Source of the DNA: Catajapyx aquilonaris | Lineage: Eukaryota | Assembly: GCA_000934665.2 (NCBI GenBank) | Contig: KZ538821.1 | Span: 1 to 46,068, forward strand | Direction of reading: 5' to 3' | Length of the DNA: 46,068 nucleotides | Shown here: piece by piece, positions 9,900 to 21,845 of the stretch | Layout: the number at the start of each line of letters is the position of its first letter | Position numbering within the stretch: the first letter of the stretch is position 1 | Program-made: the position numbers and the translations under genes | The notes under the pieces: generated by a model | The model's input: only the letters and a program-made list of their open reading frames with translations | The model's database searches: none | Told to the model about the DNA's origin: nothing

Positions 9900-12557
9900 T
9901 ACAGTGTTTAGATTTGTTGAGTTCCTTGGTCACTTGATTCTCTTGTTCTGCCTGTATATAGTATTTCGGAGTAATTTTATTATTATATTAGTACGAGTAT
10001 ATGTGTATTATTTTATTAGTAAATGATTGTTAATATATTTTTGTTTCACAATGTTTCTATGTAATCTTGCGGTACACATTTTGTGTAATATTCCATCTAG
10101 TCCAACCTTGCAATGGAAGTACGCCCCCTTTCTTTTCTCCAGCCTATCATTACACTGTTGTGCATGATTTTTATGCCTCACTGCCTGGCAGGAATAAAGG
10201 GCCAGTACATCCACCGCATGGTTGGCGTAGATTGAGTATAAAATGTTACGCCGCATATATACAGCCAAATGTAGGTAATACAGCATTACCGATTACAAAG
10301 GGCATTTAATTACAGTCTTACATCATTAGATACCGTACATGAACAGTTCACAGACTTGTTACAATGTGCAAAAATTGTGATATGTAGGTGGCATGGTAGC
10401 TGTGAATGCCTGACTGCCAAATGAAATTTGACACATTTTTTGGAAATATGTATTACACAATACACACGATGGAATGCCTTTCTTGGCCATACCTGAGGCC
10501 TAACATAAGAAAGGCATTCTATTATGTGAATGTGACTTGATTATTATTGCTTGTTTACACTCTTAGTATGGCCTGAATAGAAAAATTAATTGCACCAAAG
10601 TGACATTTTAACTTTTAATATTTTCCCTACTATCATCAAGTGCGAATCATCATAGTTCACAGAGCTGATATTTAAAGAAAATGATTAGGCCCAGTTAAAA
10701 TACCATTAGAGTGACACCAGCTGCATGCAGCTAATCGGGTTGTACGGTATTTATGTAACATTTTATGTTATGCCTTTTGCAAACTTGTGTGGATGAATTC
10801 GGCTTGTTTATGTACACTGCACTATAAAGTACGAGATGGGATTTTCTGAAGGTTAACCATACTTTGAAAGTACCATACTGTATTTTGTTGTTTGTAAAAA
10901 GATAGTTGGGACAAGCATGGCCTGGTAACAATCAACCATGAGCATTTTTGCAAGGTGGTGAGTGCTGATGATTGTATATCGCCAGTACGATACAAGTTTG
11001 CCTAAAACTCTTTTGACAAACAGTACCCTGGCTCATGAAACTGCACCTGTGTGCATAAGCTGTACTATTCCATTACATCAACGAACGTGGCAGTATTACA
11101 AACAGTGATTATGTCATCATTATATTGTTTGTAAAGTATTGTACTAATATATTGTGAAACTATTAACTCATTATATCAATGATAGAGTCTAGAATGGGCG
11201 TCCTTTATTTTAACCCATTACCTACATTTTACCCGTACATTTTACCTGTAGTTATCCTGCAATGATGCAACCCACTCTCTTGTCAGGAGTGAGTGGTGGT
11301 CTACACGGCTCGGCTACTAATTAGCCTTTGACAGAACTATTAATAAGGTAGTTCGTTTTTTTAAAATGTGTGAACTACACATCAAAGAATTTGCGAGTGA
11401 ACACTGTACTGTACAGCATACAGATCCAATGTGGCCAATCAAACTTCTGACCGTAGTCACATCTGTCGCCCTTCACCGTGGCATACCACGGTACAGTAGC
11501 GCCATATAACAAACCCCCACCGCCTATCAGATACACCTGAACAACTTTTGCAGCACCACCACGGGACACTCTGAAGGAAAAAGTTCCTGCATCCTGCACA
11601 TGGAAGTAGGTTAAACCCCTGTACATGACCAGGGGGCGAACAGAGTGGTGGGTCGTCCCCGGTAATTGTGGTGATATGATGCCGCAACCATATATACAAA
11701 AAAAAAAAAAAAGTACAACCTTCCTTCCCTCACAAGTCTTCCTCCACTTCTTCGTAGTGCACGCTTTCCGAGCACGATTACAAAAGCGAAGACTGGTCTG
11801 GCTTCCATAAGCATCAAAGCCCACTTTCCGCTCCTTCACTGCGATCGTCTGGCCCTTACGCCATGGCCAAGGTTACTAGCGGTCATTGCCACACTTAACC
11901 ACTCTACTAAACCGAGGTCTGCCCTACGGAGGGAATTAGTGGAACATCACCTCTGCAAAACACTTTTAGTCACTGGGGACACCTTGTACTTCCAGAACCC
12001 CCAGAATCATCTTCAATAAGTACTAATTACTGCAATTTATTAGTTAAATATCTGATATGGCACAGTCTGCAAAGTGTAATTGGATGTTGTTACAGGTCTT
12101 CTTATATGACGCACAGTATCTCTGGGGCTTCCTCAGGAAAACTGCAAAGTTGATGAGATAGGTCAGGAAAATTAATAATGTTCTACGTCTATACAGTCCC
12201 GATTCTTTGAAACGCATTCTATCCAAGCTACGTGACTGAAAACTTATAATGTGGTTATAAATTGCAGAACTGCGCCGTAATATTTAATTCTCTGAGTTTG
12301 AACACGATACCTCCTCGGGAAAGTTCAAGTGTTTACATAGTTTTGTACAGCGTAACTTGGCTTCAGTTGCGGTACATGTCGTGCTAAATCCTGACCGAAA
12401 CATGGGATGGGAAGATATATTCTCTCACTACTCTTCATCAGTCCATTTGACATACCGACACTTCCAACTGATACTAATGATATAAGCCATAACGTACACG
12501 TTATGTGCATTTGGTCCAACTCTTTCTTGTCACTTCTGGGAGACCAAGCTCAAAATT

Positions 12558-12711
12558 GACTGCATTATGCAATAATGTGTTAATCCACATCAGGCTGGCG
12601 AAATCTGCATACTTCTGCTATAAATGACCGAAGAGGACACTGAATTACATGTGTGCCCATTTTCTCAAAAGTGCCCTCATGTGGGTTGACTCATTATTGC
12701 ATAACACCGTC
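12558..12711. mobile_element. Short MITE with 37-bp imperfect TIRs
   Basis: 12558-12594 matches the reverse complement of 12675-12711 at 30/37 positions. The right arm recurs exactly (32 bp) at 27010-27041, so this is a dispersed family. Confidence 0.6.
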
Positions 12712-14459
12712 CAAATAGCCTCCCAGGTCTTGGAGGCTATTCTGAGCTTCAGGTCTGCTACCTTACCCACTGTCTCCGAACTATATGTACCCAGGTGACC
12801 CAACCTTCAACCACTCCTTGAGACAGGGTGAGACATCACGCCCATTCCGGTCCGTACTGTACCGTTATACCTTCCGCCCCATGTGTATCTATGGGTGGTA
12901 AATCTGAATCCACCTCCATATAGTAATGGAATATTTTAAATGTGTTTTTTTTCGGTGGTATCTTTTTCGTGAGTTGGGAGTCGTCGTAGGGGGTGGTTGG
13001 GCGTAGCGGAAGGCCTGCCAAGGCGGTCCCGTTCCTCCGCCTAACGGGAGCGGGACGAAGAAGACGAAGAAGACGAAGAAGGAGAATGGATTAGAGAGGG
13101 GGATAAAGAAGAAGAGGCGTAAGAGCGCGGTTACCTGGACCGCTGTGTGGGTAACCGGCACAATGCCCTGAAGTAACCTTGCCCTTGACGTCACACTTAT
13201 GTAGTGAAGGTTTCCTTCCACTTTCCTCCTACCTTGCTTTGCTTTGGTTGCTTTCTTGTGGCCATGGAGATCACACCTTTTTTATAACAGAAAAACCCCC
13301 GGTTGTTGCCACCATGACTCTATTATTATGATGTGGAGGATGGTGTCTTTCTGGTGGTGGCACACATTGTACTTATTGAAGAAGAAAATGTGTGGAAAAT
13401 ATTTGATTGACCACACTATGCAATTTGTGCATTGGACAGGAAACTACTTGTGCAATGTCAACAATGTAACTAGCAATGACGTCTCTGAAGTAACTAGGCC
13501 CGTAACTAAGGTGAAATAATCTTTCAAAGAAACCTATATTAAAATCCTTCGTTGCTTGACCTAGGCCTCTTATTGGTCTGCCGCATATTGTTACCCCTCA
13601 CACAACAATACGAGTAAATAGTGCCCTTTTGATGACACTGTTGTTGAGGTCATTTCCATAGAAACTTGAAAAGTGGGAGGTTCCAGATGTGCATTCTTGG
13701 ATATTCTTTGACTGTCCCACCGCAGACCTCAGGCCTAGAAAAACACCGAGTGTTTTTATGAGAATGAACCACTTTTGAAATATATTACAGCATATTTCCC
13801 TATGATTCTTGTCACCATTGTACTAAACTTACGTTACCCCGTGATAGGGCCCTTATAGGGGGGTGGCATACCACCATTTTTCCTTAAATTGTCTGATTTT
13901 TCTTCTAACTTCGGTGCAAGGATGAAAGGACATGGGGGTACTAAACTACTTTTTGTGACCTCTGAGACCCTACAGGACATGTTATATCCCAGTGATTTCC
14001 ACTGTCATTGTCGATCTTCCCAAATTGAACTTGCAAATAGTACCACGTTGAGTATATTATAATAGTTTGGCATCACAAAGGGTAGTTTTTCCCGCTAGCT
14101 AGACAAGCCTGGGCCGGTTGTATCCGTGCATTGACCTTGAACCTGATTGCATAACCTCGTTTCGTTTGTTCCCTCGAGAAAGGAAGCTACTAGCTGGTGG
14201 AGGATCCGCCATCGAGCGCATTTACATCACTTTTGCGGGCAATGGGAAGTAACCCAATGTGGGTCAGTTTTTGCCCGTCGGCAAAGGTCGCGGTTGCCTT
14301 TCTACCTTTTGTAACAGTTCCGTGCCAGCGCAACATTGATGGCAGAGGGGGTGGCAGTCGCTGAGTATTCAACGAAACAACAGAGCTGGTGGTTCACACT
14401 GGTGGCATTGGGTCGATGTAACACAGATGAAACACAGATCGCTCAAGAACATTAAATGT

Positions 14460-14768
14460 TAAGACGGAATTAATGTCCTTAACTTAAATATTAAGTTAAG
14501 GACATTATAATTCCGTCTTACTGCTAGCGACATTTTCCGATACGGCAGAAGTGCACATCGAAGTGACAGAGAGCGAGCCGTGAGAGTATGAAATGGTAGG
14601 CCTTGGAGGACGTCACCAGCTGGGAACAAGCCTTTTTCTCCATTGCCCCCAGCTGGTGATGTCACCCAAGGCCTACCATCTCTTATTCGCATGGCTCACT
14701 CCATCACTTCGATGTGTACTTCTGCCGCATCGGAAAATGTCGCTAGCAGTAAGACGGAATTAATGTCC
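14460..14768. mobile_element. Foldback element (~270-bp near-complete inverted repeat) with an extra terminal copy; Kolobok-like TTAA|GG termini
   Basis: Arms ~14500-14629 and ~14643-14768 are reverse complements, with scattered mostly transition mismatches and a ~13-nt loop. A third copy of the terminus, TAAGACGGAATTAATGTCC (14460-14478 = 14750-14768), forms a second palindrome at 14460-14520 across TTAACTTAAATATTAAGTTAA. Confidence 0.75.
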
Positions 14769-15708
14769 AACACTGTACAGTTCGTCCAAAAATTTCGTAC
14801 CAAATAATTTTTTGCCCAATTTTGCCCTGAACTCGGAAAGTGCACTACCATGCATGGTATAACACAGTGCCCGACAAGCAGTGAAGCGGATAAATCACAG
14901 GGTGCAAACCCCTTATATTCTTAGCAATGCAGTACATTATTTAACCAGTGGAAAAGTGCTGCATATTTAAATTTTAAATTGTAATCCGACAAAAATACGA
15001 GTATGTAAAATATAAACCTTCCGATATGGCTGTAGACAAGGGGCACTGTAGCATCAATCTATTTTCTTTTAAATAGTTTATTCGATTAATGAACATGACT
15101 CTGCCTAATCCGACCGGAAATAATTCAAAGTGCCGCATGGGTCATATAATATTCAAGAAATTGGGTTTCAAACAGGCTTATATCCGGGATCGAACGAGGC
15201 GGATCGTCCGCTACGACCGGTTTTTGTCTTCTCCATCAGTATAATGACGACCAGCAAAAAGAAGGCGGCAGTGGGTGGCTGGGCACCGTCCGAAATTGAG
15301 TGTAAGTAGTGACCTGGCACAACCCAGAAAACGAGTCTGATATAGTGAAGATGTGCAGAAAAGAATAGAGAAGAAGGAGGTAGGAGGAGGAGGACCACTT
15401 TCCTGACTGGGACCTCCTCCGTTGCAGCAGTCCACTGGGTATGTGTGCCGACGACCGCGAGTGAACCCCCCAGCCGCTGACTAGGTGAACTTGACACTGA
15501 ACCTGCTACAGCATGAATTGCACCATCCACCCAACCACCCACAGCCACGGCAACCCCTTTCTTTCCCATTGCCCCCCTTATTCTCGCGTCACCTTCCTTT
15601 CCCCTAGTTCTATTATGACCTAACTCATTATGCAACTGGTCATGTATCATTGTGTCGGAGTTCGTGCAGGATAGGGAATTGTTCAGGATCAACGACCGAT
15701 CCTACCTG

Positions 15709-15711
<3 letters not shown>

Positions 15712-15786
<75 letters not shown>
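15712..15786. repeat. (TAA)25 microsatellite
   Basis: 25 perfect TAA units. Confidence 0.98.
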
Positions 15787-15788
<2 letters not shown>

Positions 15789-15844
15789 GTTTGTGGTGAG
15801 CAATTGACCACCAATAACATATTTCATAAGTCCTCATTAGCAAT

Positions 15845-16394
15845 TAAAGTACTCCGCTAACCGAAGCGTGATTGGCCTCCTCAGATGAGGTATTTATTTT
15901 TGCATACCATCACATCTACCACCATATGGTAGTAGAGGTGGGGGTATGCAAATATGAAATGCACTTCATAATATACCGTACTGTAATATACTTAATCTGT
16001 AAACTTGCTATGCTTAAAACTGGGCATGGATCATTGAGTACACTGTAAACCACAAAACATTAAAAGAGCACCACTGGTGAGTCTCTCGTGGAACATCAAT
16101 TTTTAATGCTCTTCTAATGCTCTTTTTTGTTGCTAAAAAGCATCACAAGAGCATCAGCAGAGCATTAGAAGAGCATTAAAAATTAATGTTTCTATGAGAA
16201 ACTCACCAGTGCTGCAATTTTAATGGGTTGCGGTTTACAGGGTAGTAATTATTGAAAACAATAAGTCAAGGTTTTTTTTTCATCGCCTCATCTGAGGATG
16301 CCAATCACGCTTCGGTTAGTGGAGTACTTTACCCTGACTTTACCTCTAAAGTACTCCGCTAACCGAAGCGTGATTGGCCTCCTCAGATGAGGTA
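15845..16394. mobile_element. Kolobok-like MITE (46-bp TIRs, TTAA|AG terminus) followed by a third TIR copy
   Basis: TAAAGTACTCCGCTAACCGAAGCGTGATTGGCCTCCTCAGATGAGGTA is at 15845-15892 and again, identical, at 16347-16394. An inverted copy with 2 mismatches is at 16286-16331. The superfamily call is inferred only from TTAA plus purine-purine termini. Confidence 0.7.
16041..16242. mobile_element. CAC-terminated foldback MITE with TA duplication, nested inside the 15845-16331 element
   Basis: TA|CACTGTAAACC ... GGTTTACAGGG|TA. The arms pair almost to the centre, e.g. AATTTTTAATGCTCTTCTAATGCTCT vs AGAGCATTAGAAGAGCATTAAAAATT and CACTGGTGAGT vs ACTCACCAGTG. Confidence 0.75.
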
Positions 16395-19300
16395 ATTGGC
16401 GAATAAGGCCTTATTAAAGAGTTATTTGCGGAAAATTTACGGCAATTGCTTACCTTTTTGCAGTTGGTTGAAATCCCAACAGTAACACTGTAATATTGTG
16501 TAAAAAGCAGTGGAAAAGTTTGTTGCTTTTACTTTGTAGGAAAATTATTAGTCGTCATATTTAGTTGATTGGGGACATTTTTATTCGTTTTCTGGTATAA
16601 TGTTGCTGTTGGCCACATCATAACCGACTGTCTGCCATTTTAAAATAAGAAACATAATTATGGCCGACATAAAAGGTTAATGACAATAAATATGACATAG
16701 TGAACGAATAATATTTTTTCCAAACTAAAACTAGAGTAATGCTTGCTGTATTTTTTTTTTTTTTTTGCGAAGGTGGTATGATTCAAGACCGCTTTATTCG
16801 TGACTTACGAGGCCACGAATAAGAGGTAATTAATGCTCAGCAGGAGGAAAATACAGGTACAGTATAAACGGTGTGAGATAACGAAAGGAGGATAGGGAAA
16901 AAAAAAACTATCCCTACCCATCTCTCCCACAACCTTCCCTCCCTCTTTACCACCTCCGTTCCCCTCTCGTACACAAAAAGACGCTGTGGGTAACTGGGAC
17001 AATGAACTCAGGTGACCTCATCTGTAGAAAGTATTCAGTTATTTTCGCCTGGATCAGCTCTGGAACGTGGCTTCTTTAATATTGTTTCTAGTAGATTCCA
17101 GTAGGTCAAGATTGCGTAACAAGAGAAGGTGACTTAGCGGGGTTGTTCGCTGAATTTAATAAACGTCTAAAATCCCGTCACGTTGGTCAATGTCAATGCT
17201 ATTATGTGTGCAAAAAGTGGACAGCATACCTTAACGTTTCTTAAACACGAATGGATTACATTGTACTGTGTAATAACAACAGCTCAGTGAATGTCACGCA
17301 AAATTAAAGCTTGACCTAGCCTACTTATACAAATTCCGAAAGGTCAAGTTATATAGCTGTGATTATCATAAACGTAGGTTCACATTTTTCGGTACATATG
17401 ATGCTTGTCGATAAGTGCTTATTAAAATGCCTTTAAAAATTAAATATGGAAAATATGCGTTATGATTATTAGTTTATATCGACCTCTCTAGTCTATAGAT
17501 GATTCTATTTAATGCATATGTCTAATGTGTAATATGTGTATATGCTGTGTATGCTCGTAATATTTGGTTGCGTTACTGTATACTGGAACGTTATTTGATT
17601 CTGAATAACGGTACTACTAAACAAGGTACTGACCTGATTCCTTTTTGCAACAGGTTTCATTTAGCAGCGAAATAAAGATAATATATTTACAACTATTGTA
17701 AATGTTTAAACCAATATGGCCAAATTGGATGATTTGATACGACTAATTTTCTTTCTGAAGCATCATTTGAGATTACATTCTATATCAAAATGATCTCTTT
17801 ATTATTGTCATTTTAATAACAGTGTTATACTCGTATTATATTGACGTAAAGTACTGACGCTTTTCAGAGGAAGAAATATGATGATGTTAATAATTAATGT
17901 CTAAAATAATTTCAACGTATACCCTTTACGTAGCCTATGGTTTAATTTCTGAGTTATTTTGTGAAACTCACATAATAGTCGGGGAAGTAGGCTACACTAC
18001 AATCCAGCTTATCATTATAATGATATTTATTATTAATTTAGCCATTAGAAAGAATAATTATGCCTAAACCAATAGCCAGAGTTATTGTACCGTACTGGAA
18101 AAATAGGCAAAAAGACTTTATGTGGCCAACGTAATATACCGTACCGTATATACATATTAATATAAAATGATGAATATACTAATGAAGCATTTTGCGTTAA
18201 TTATACGGTTCATACTGCCCAATAAAAAAACACTGCTTGTTTTTTTATTAAGTAACGAGACATGCATGTTCTTCTCTTCAGCAGGAACATATAGCTTCTA
18301 CTTCTATACAAAAAGAGGTCGAAGCCTTCTATTGTGTCTAAACATGGCAGCACATACTTTGTAATTTTCAACCTGTCAATTTTAAGACCCTATATTCAAT
18401 TAACCACTTCGTTGCAGAATAACCTGTTATATTTTTTTATATAACCAACTTTGCTTACGCGACAATGCCTCTTGGGGATTACTGTAAATTCGGCAATAAA
18501 TCCGTATCGCTACGCATATTAGCCTAAAGCCATCGGCGTAGCCAGTCTGAAAAAGGGAAGGAACACAGCAATTTCCAACAGCATTATGCTCCACAGCAAC
18601 AAAATATTTCAAAAATATTAATAATGAAAGTGCGAAGTGCCTACAAAAAAGCCCTTTAGTATAATAAATTATTATTTTTCTTAATGATGTCAATTTCATC
18701 TGAAGGTTACCTTATACATATGTAAGGTAACTTAATGTGGCACATTTCTGCACCTAATTTTACATCACAGATTTTTTTAAATATAGCACTTGACCAGTGA
18801 CCAGTGTGTATAAAAGTATTCCAAAAATGTGTTGAGTAAGAGGCGCGTTTTACACAATCGTTTAGGAGCTTCCTAACGGAAAGTGAGAGCGAAAAGGTCC
18901 GGTTTTTCAAAGTCAACCTGTCCGGAAAGGTACTTACTTGAGGGCAGGTTCATCGCCCTCCGATGCCTCGGCCTCCAAATCGTCCCAAACTGTATTCCCA
19001 ATTTATTCACTTTTATGGCACAGGTGGGGGGAATGGAAGGTTCTTTTTTTTTACTGGAAGCAAATTGTTTCAGGTGATTTATTACACCTTTGGTGGTGAA
19101 ATCAAGCTTGCTTTTGGGGAAACGGTTCGGTGCCTAGTTAACGGAGAGGTAATTAATAGATAATGTGGCCGTTCAAGTCGACTTATCGATATATTTTGCA
19201 TGCGTCGTGCCTTTTCGCCTCCTGCTGCCAAGGATGACCTCGGGGGTCAAGTCCAATGTGCTAAAAACCTTCCCCGTTAAAAACTACCCCTAATGATCCC

Positions 19301-20235
19301 CCTGGGGCATATGTCAAGGCCTCCGTATTGATTTGCATCGGGAACATACAGACATACGTTGGAAATATGCCTTTGGCGCACGTTTCAGGACCAGTTACTG
19401 GAAAACAATACTGCCGAGCATGACTTTGTTCGTGGATAGGCCAGTTACAAAAATGAAGGGCGTGAAAATCCATTTGCACAAAAATGAAATATTTTAACGG
19501 TATTTCTTGCACTCAACGTGCTGGCCTTTTGACACTCCTCTGGGTATATCGGGTTTGAACTTTGGCGAAACAATTCGCCGGACTCTAAAATCCGTGTTGC
19601 ATAAATCCTGTCCCCTGACCTGACGTGATCGGATGTCCCTTTGCGTCACCCTGTCCAATCATCCGTAACCCGGGCGTCACTTTCGGGACATAGGAAAACA
19701 ATAGGGCAATAGCTCCGGGACATAAGGTCTTGGGTCCATTCTTCGGGTGTTTGGGACCTCGCTGGCCTTCGAAGAGAAACGGAAAAAAAGATAGTCCATT
19801 CTGATCCCCTGCATGCAGGATTGGTGGGTCAACCACCCCTGGGTACCTGGTTGCTGGTGGGTATGGGATGAAGACCATGGAGGGATCTCTGGGAGGGGTC
19901 GCCACAACGGTGTAACGGTGCACACCGATGATGCCCTCCCCCGAAAAACACTGGCGGAGGGATTTTCGTTTTCAGAGGTCAAGGCCAAAGGGAAAGCAAA
20001 ACAGCCCACTATGCTCTCACTAATGTAATACTATAACGGTATTTTTTTTCTTATCTTGGAAGACAAATTCCATCCATGGGCTGGCCACCATGAGTGACCG
20101 GGTCTATTTTTGGACAGTGAGTGGGTAGCATACATAATAAGGTGGGCACCAAGCCCACTTTGCCCTTACCCAAATAGATTTTTTAAATGTAAAAATTAAA
20201 ACAATACCATTCAATACCACGAAATATTTAGTGGG

Positions 20236-20307
20236 GCATGGTGGTCTGGTGGATATGTTACTGGCCAGCCAAGCGGGAGGTCAGGGGTTCAAATCCCGTC
20301 TCCGTCA
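20236..20307 (+). mobile_element. tRNA-Gly(GCC)-derived SINE head or tRNA pseudogene
   Basis: GCATGGTGGTCTGGTGG...CTGGCCAGCCAAGCGGGAGGTCAGGGGTTCAAATCCCG resembles eukaryotic tRNA-Gly-GCC, with an A box (TGGTCTGGTGG) and B box (GGTTCAAATCC). The acceptor and anticodon stems do not pair properly, so it is not a functional tRNA. Confidence 0.55.
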
Positions 20308-21248
20308 CCTTCTCTTGGTCGGGTCTTTCACCCGACATGTCCGGGCATAATTGCACTCCCTTCTCTGCCCAGGGCTAAGAGAAAAGGTCTGGTATTTAAG
20401 AGGGTCAGAAATGACTATTTAATGAAAAATTGAATTGCGGTTTATGACAAGCTGATATCCTTTCTATAGTCCGAAATAAACATGCCTGATGTGAAGCAGC
20501 GTACTGTATACCAAAATGTGCTTCCCAGGCATAATTATTGATAACGATCCTTTAAAATTCCTGATGAAGTAACGGTATTTCATGTGAATTCCTCGAATGG
20601 CCTAGTGTCTAAAAACAGTGTCAGTCCCTGTTATTTGCTGACAGGCCCCCAGTCAGAACCATTAGGCAATTTTTCCCGCCCGCAATAACCTTCCCCAAAC
20701 AGCATTTTGTGAAGGGTACCGGTACGAACCCCCTAAAGAAGAGGGGAGGAAAAGGATAACCGTGGGTTCCCCTAAAAACAACCCCCCCTTTTCCTTTTTG
20801 AAAAACTTTCAATTTCGAAGATACAAGCAACCCCCACCAAACCGTCCCACAGGGGCCAAAGACCCCCGTCGAATTGCCCTTGACTTTCCTCCTTTTGCAA
20901 TCCTCCGGCACATCGGTCGCGCTTTCATCGACAGGGATCTGTTTTTGTGCTGGTTGTCCCCTAGTGACCTTTCCCTCTCAATCATTCCTGCCCCTTTTTT
21001 CTGCCACAAAATGTCCAGGACTGTGGGAGGATTGTAGAAGTACCGCATGGCCATATGACTGGAGGTGTTGGCGTAGACTGGACAGCGAAGTTTGAACGCT
21101 TTAAAATTAAAATATTATATTAAAATGCAAGTTTAGGATGTGTACATTCAATATGGATATCCCACTTCTGACACCATTGTTGTGTTCCGGGTCGGGACCT
21201 GCGCGAGGAAAAAGACACGTAGGCATTAGAACTTCATCAATGTGTTAA

Positions 21249-21845
21249 CCACTTCGGTATAGCACTTGCAGTGGTACTCCCAGGTACTCCTTGGTATACC
21301 AAGGAGTATCTGGGAATACCAATTAGTACCTGCAAGAGCTAATAACTCTTGGTACCTGGGAGTACCAAGGCGTATATACTCCTTGCTATTCCCAGGCGTA
21401 TATTATACTCCTTGCTATTCCCAGGTACTCCTTGCTATTCCCAGGTACCCCTTGGTAATCCCAGGTACTCCTTGCTATTCCCAGGTACTCCTTGGTAATC
21501 CCAGGTACTCCTTGCTATTCCCAGGTACTCCTTGGTAATCCCAGGTACTCCTTGCTATTCCCAGGTACTCCTTGGTAATCCCAGGTACTCCTTGCTATTC
21601 CCAGGTACTCCGTGGTAATCTCAGGTACTCCTTGCTATTCCCAGGTACTCCTTGGTAATCTCAGGTTCTCCTTGCTATTCCCAGATAGGCCTACTCTTTG
21701 GTATAGCAAGGAGCATCTGGGAATACCAAGGAGTACCTGGGAGTACCAAGGCGTATATACTCTCCTTGGTATTCCCAGGTACTCCTTGGTACTCCTTGGT
21801 ACTCCTTGAATTTGGTACTCCAGTGTAGACTTTACAGTCGCGTGG
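21249..21845. repeat. 20-bp minisatellite (40-bp higher-order dimer) with inverted blocks, bounded by TTAA|CCAC...GTGG|TTAA (possible piggyBac-type MITE)
   Basis: CCCAGGTACTCCTTGCTATT and CCCAGGTACTCCTTGGTAAT alternate for ~13 units at 21420-21679. Inverted units lie at ~21299-21321, ~21353-21370 and ~21703-21751. TTAA at 21245-21248 and 21846-21849. Confidence 0.85.

Noticed and set aside
11375..13519. ORFs of 60-154 aa in GC-richer patches
   Set aside because: No domain similarity or consistent splice structure; composition is driven by simple repeats such as GAAGAC and poly-A.
15168..15843. 174-aa ORF and poly-Leu ORF on the minus strand
   Set aside because: The poly-Leu is the (TAA)25 microsatellite and the other has no recognisable family. 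A retroelement 3' tail ending in (TTA)n is possible but unsupported.
19677..20009. IRMDYLF resembling a LINE endonuclease RIDY motif
   Set aside because: No SDH or other APE motifs, and the region looks error-rich; needs a frameshift-aware search.
20236..20307. Functional tRNA-Gly gene
   Set aside because: Acceptor and anticodon stems are broken; kept only as a SINE head or pseudogene.
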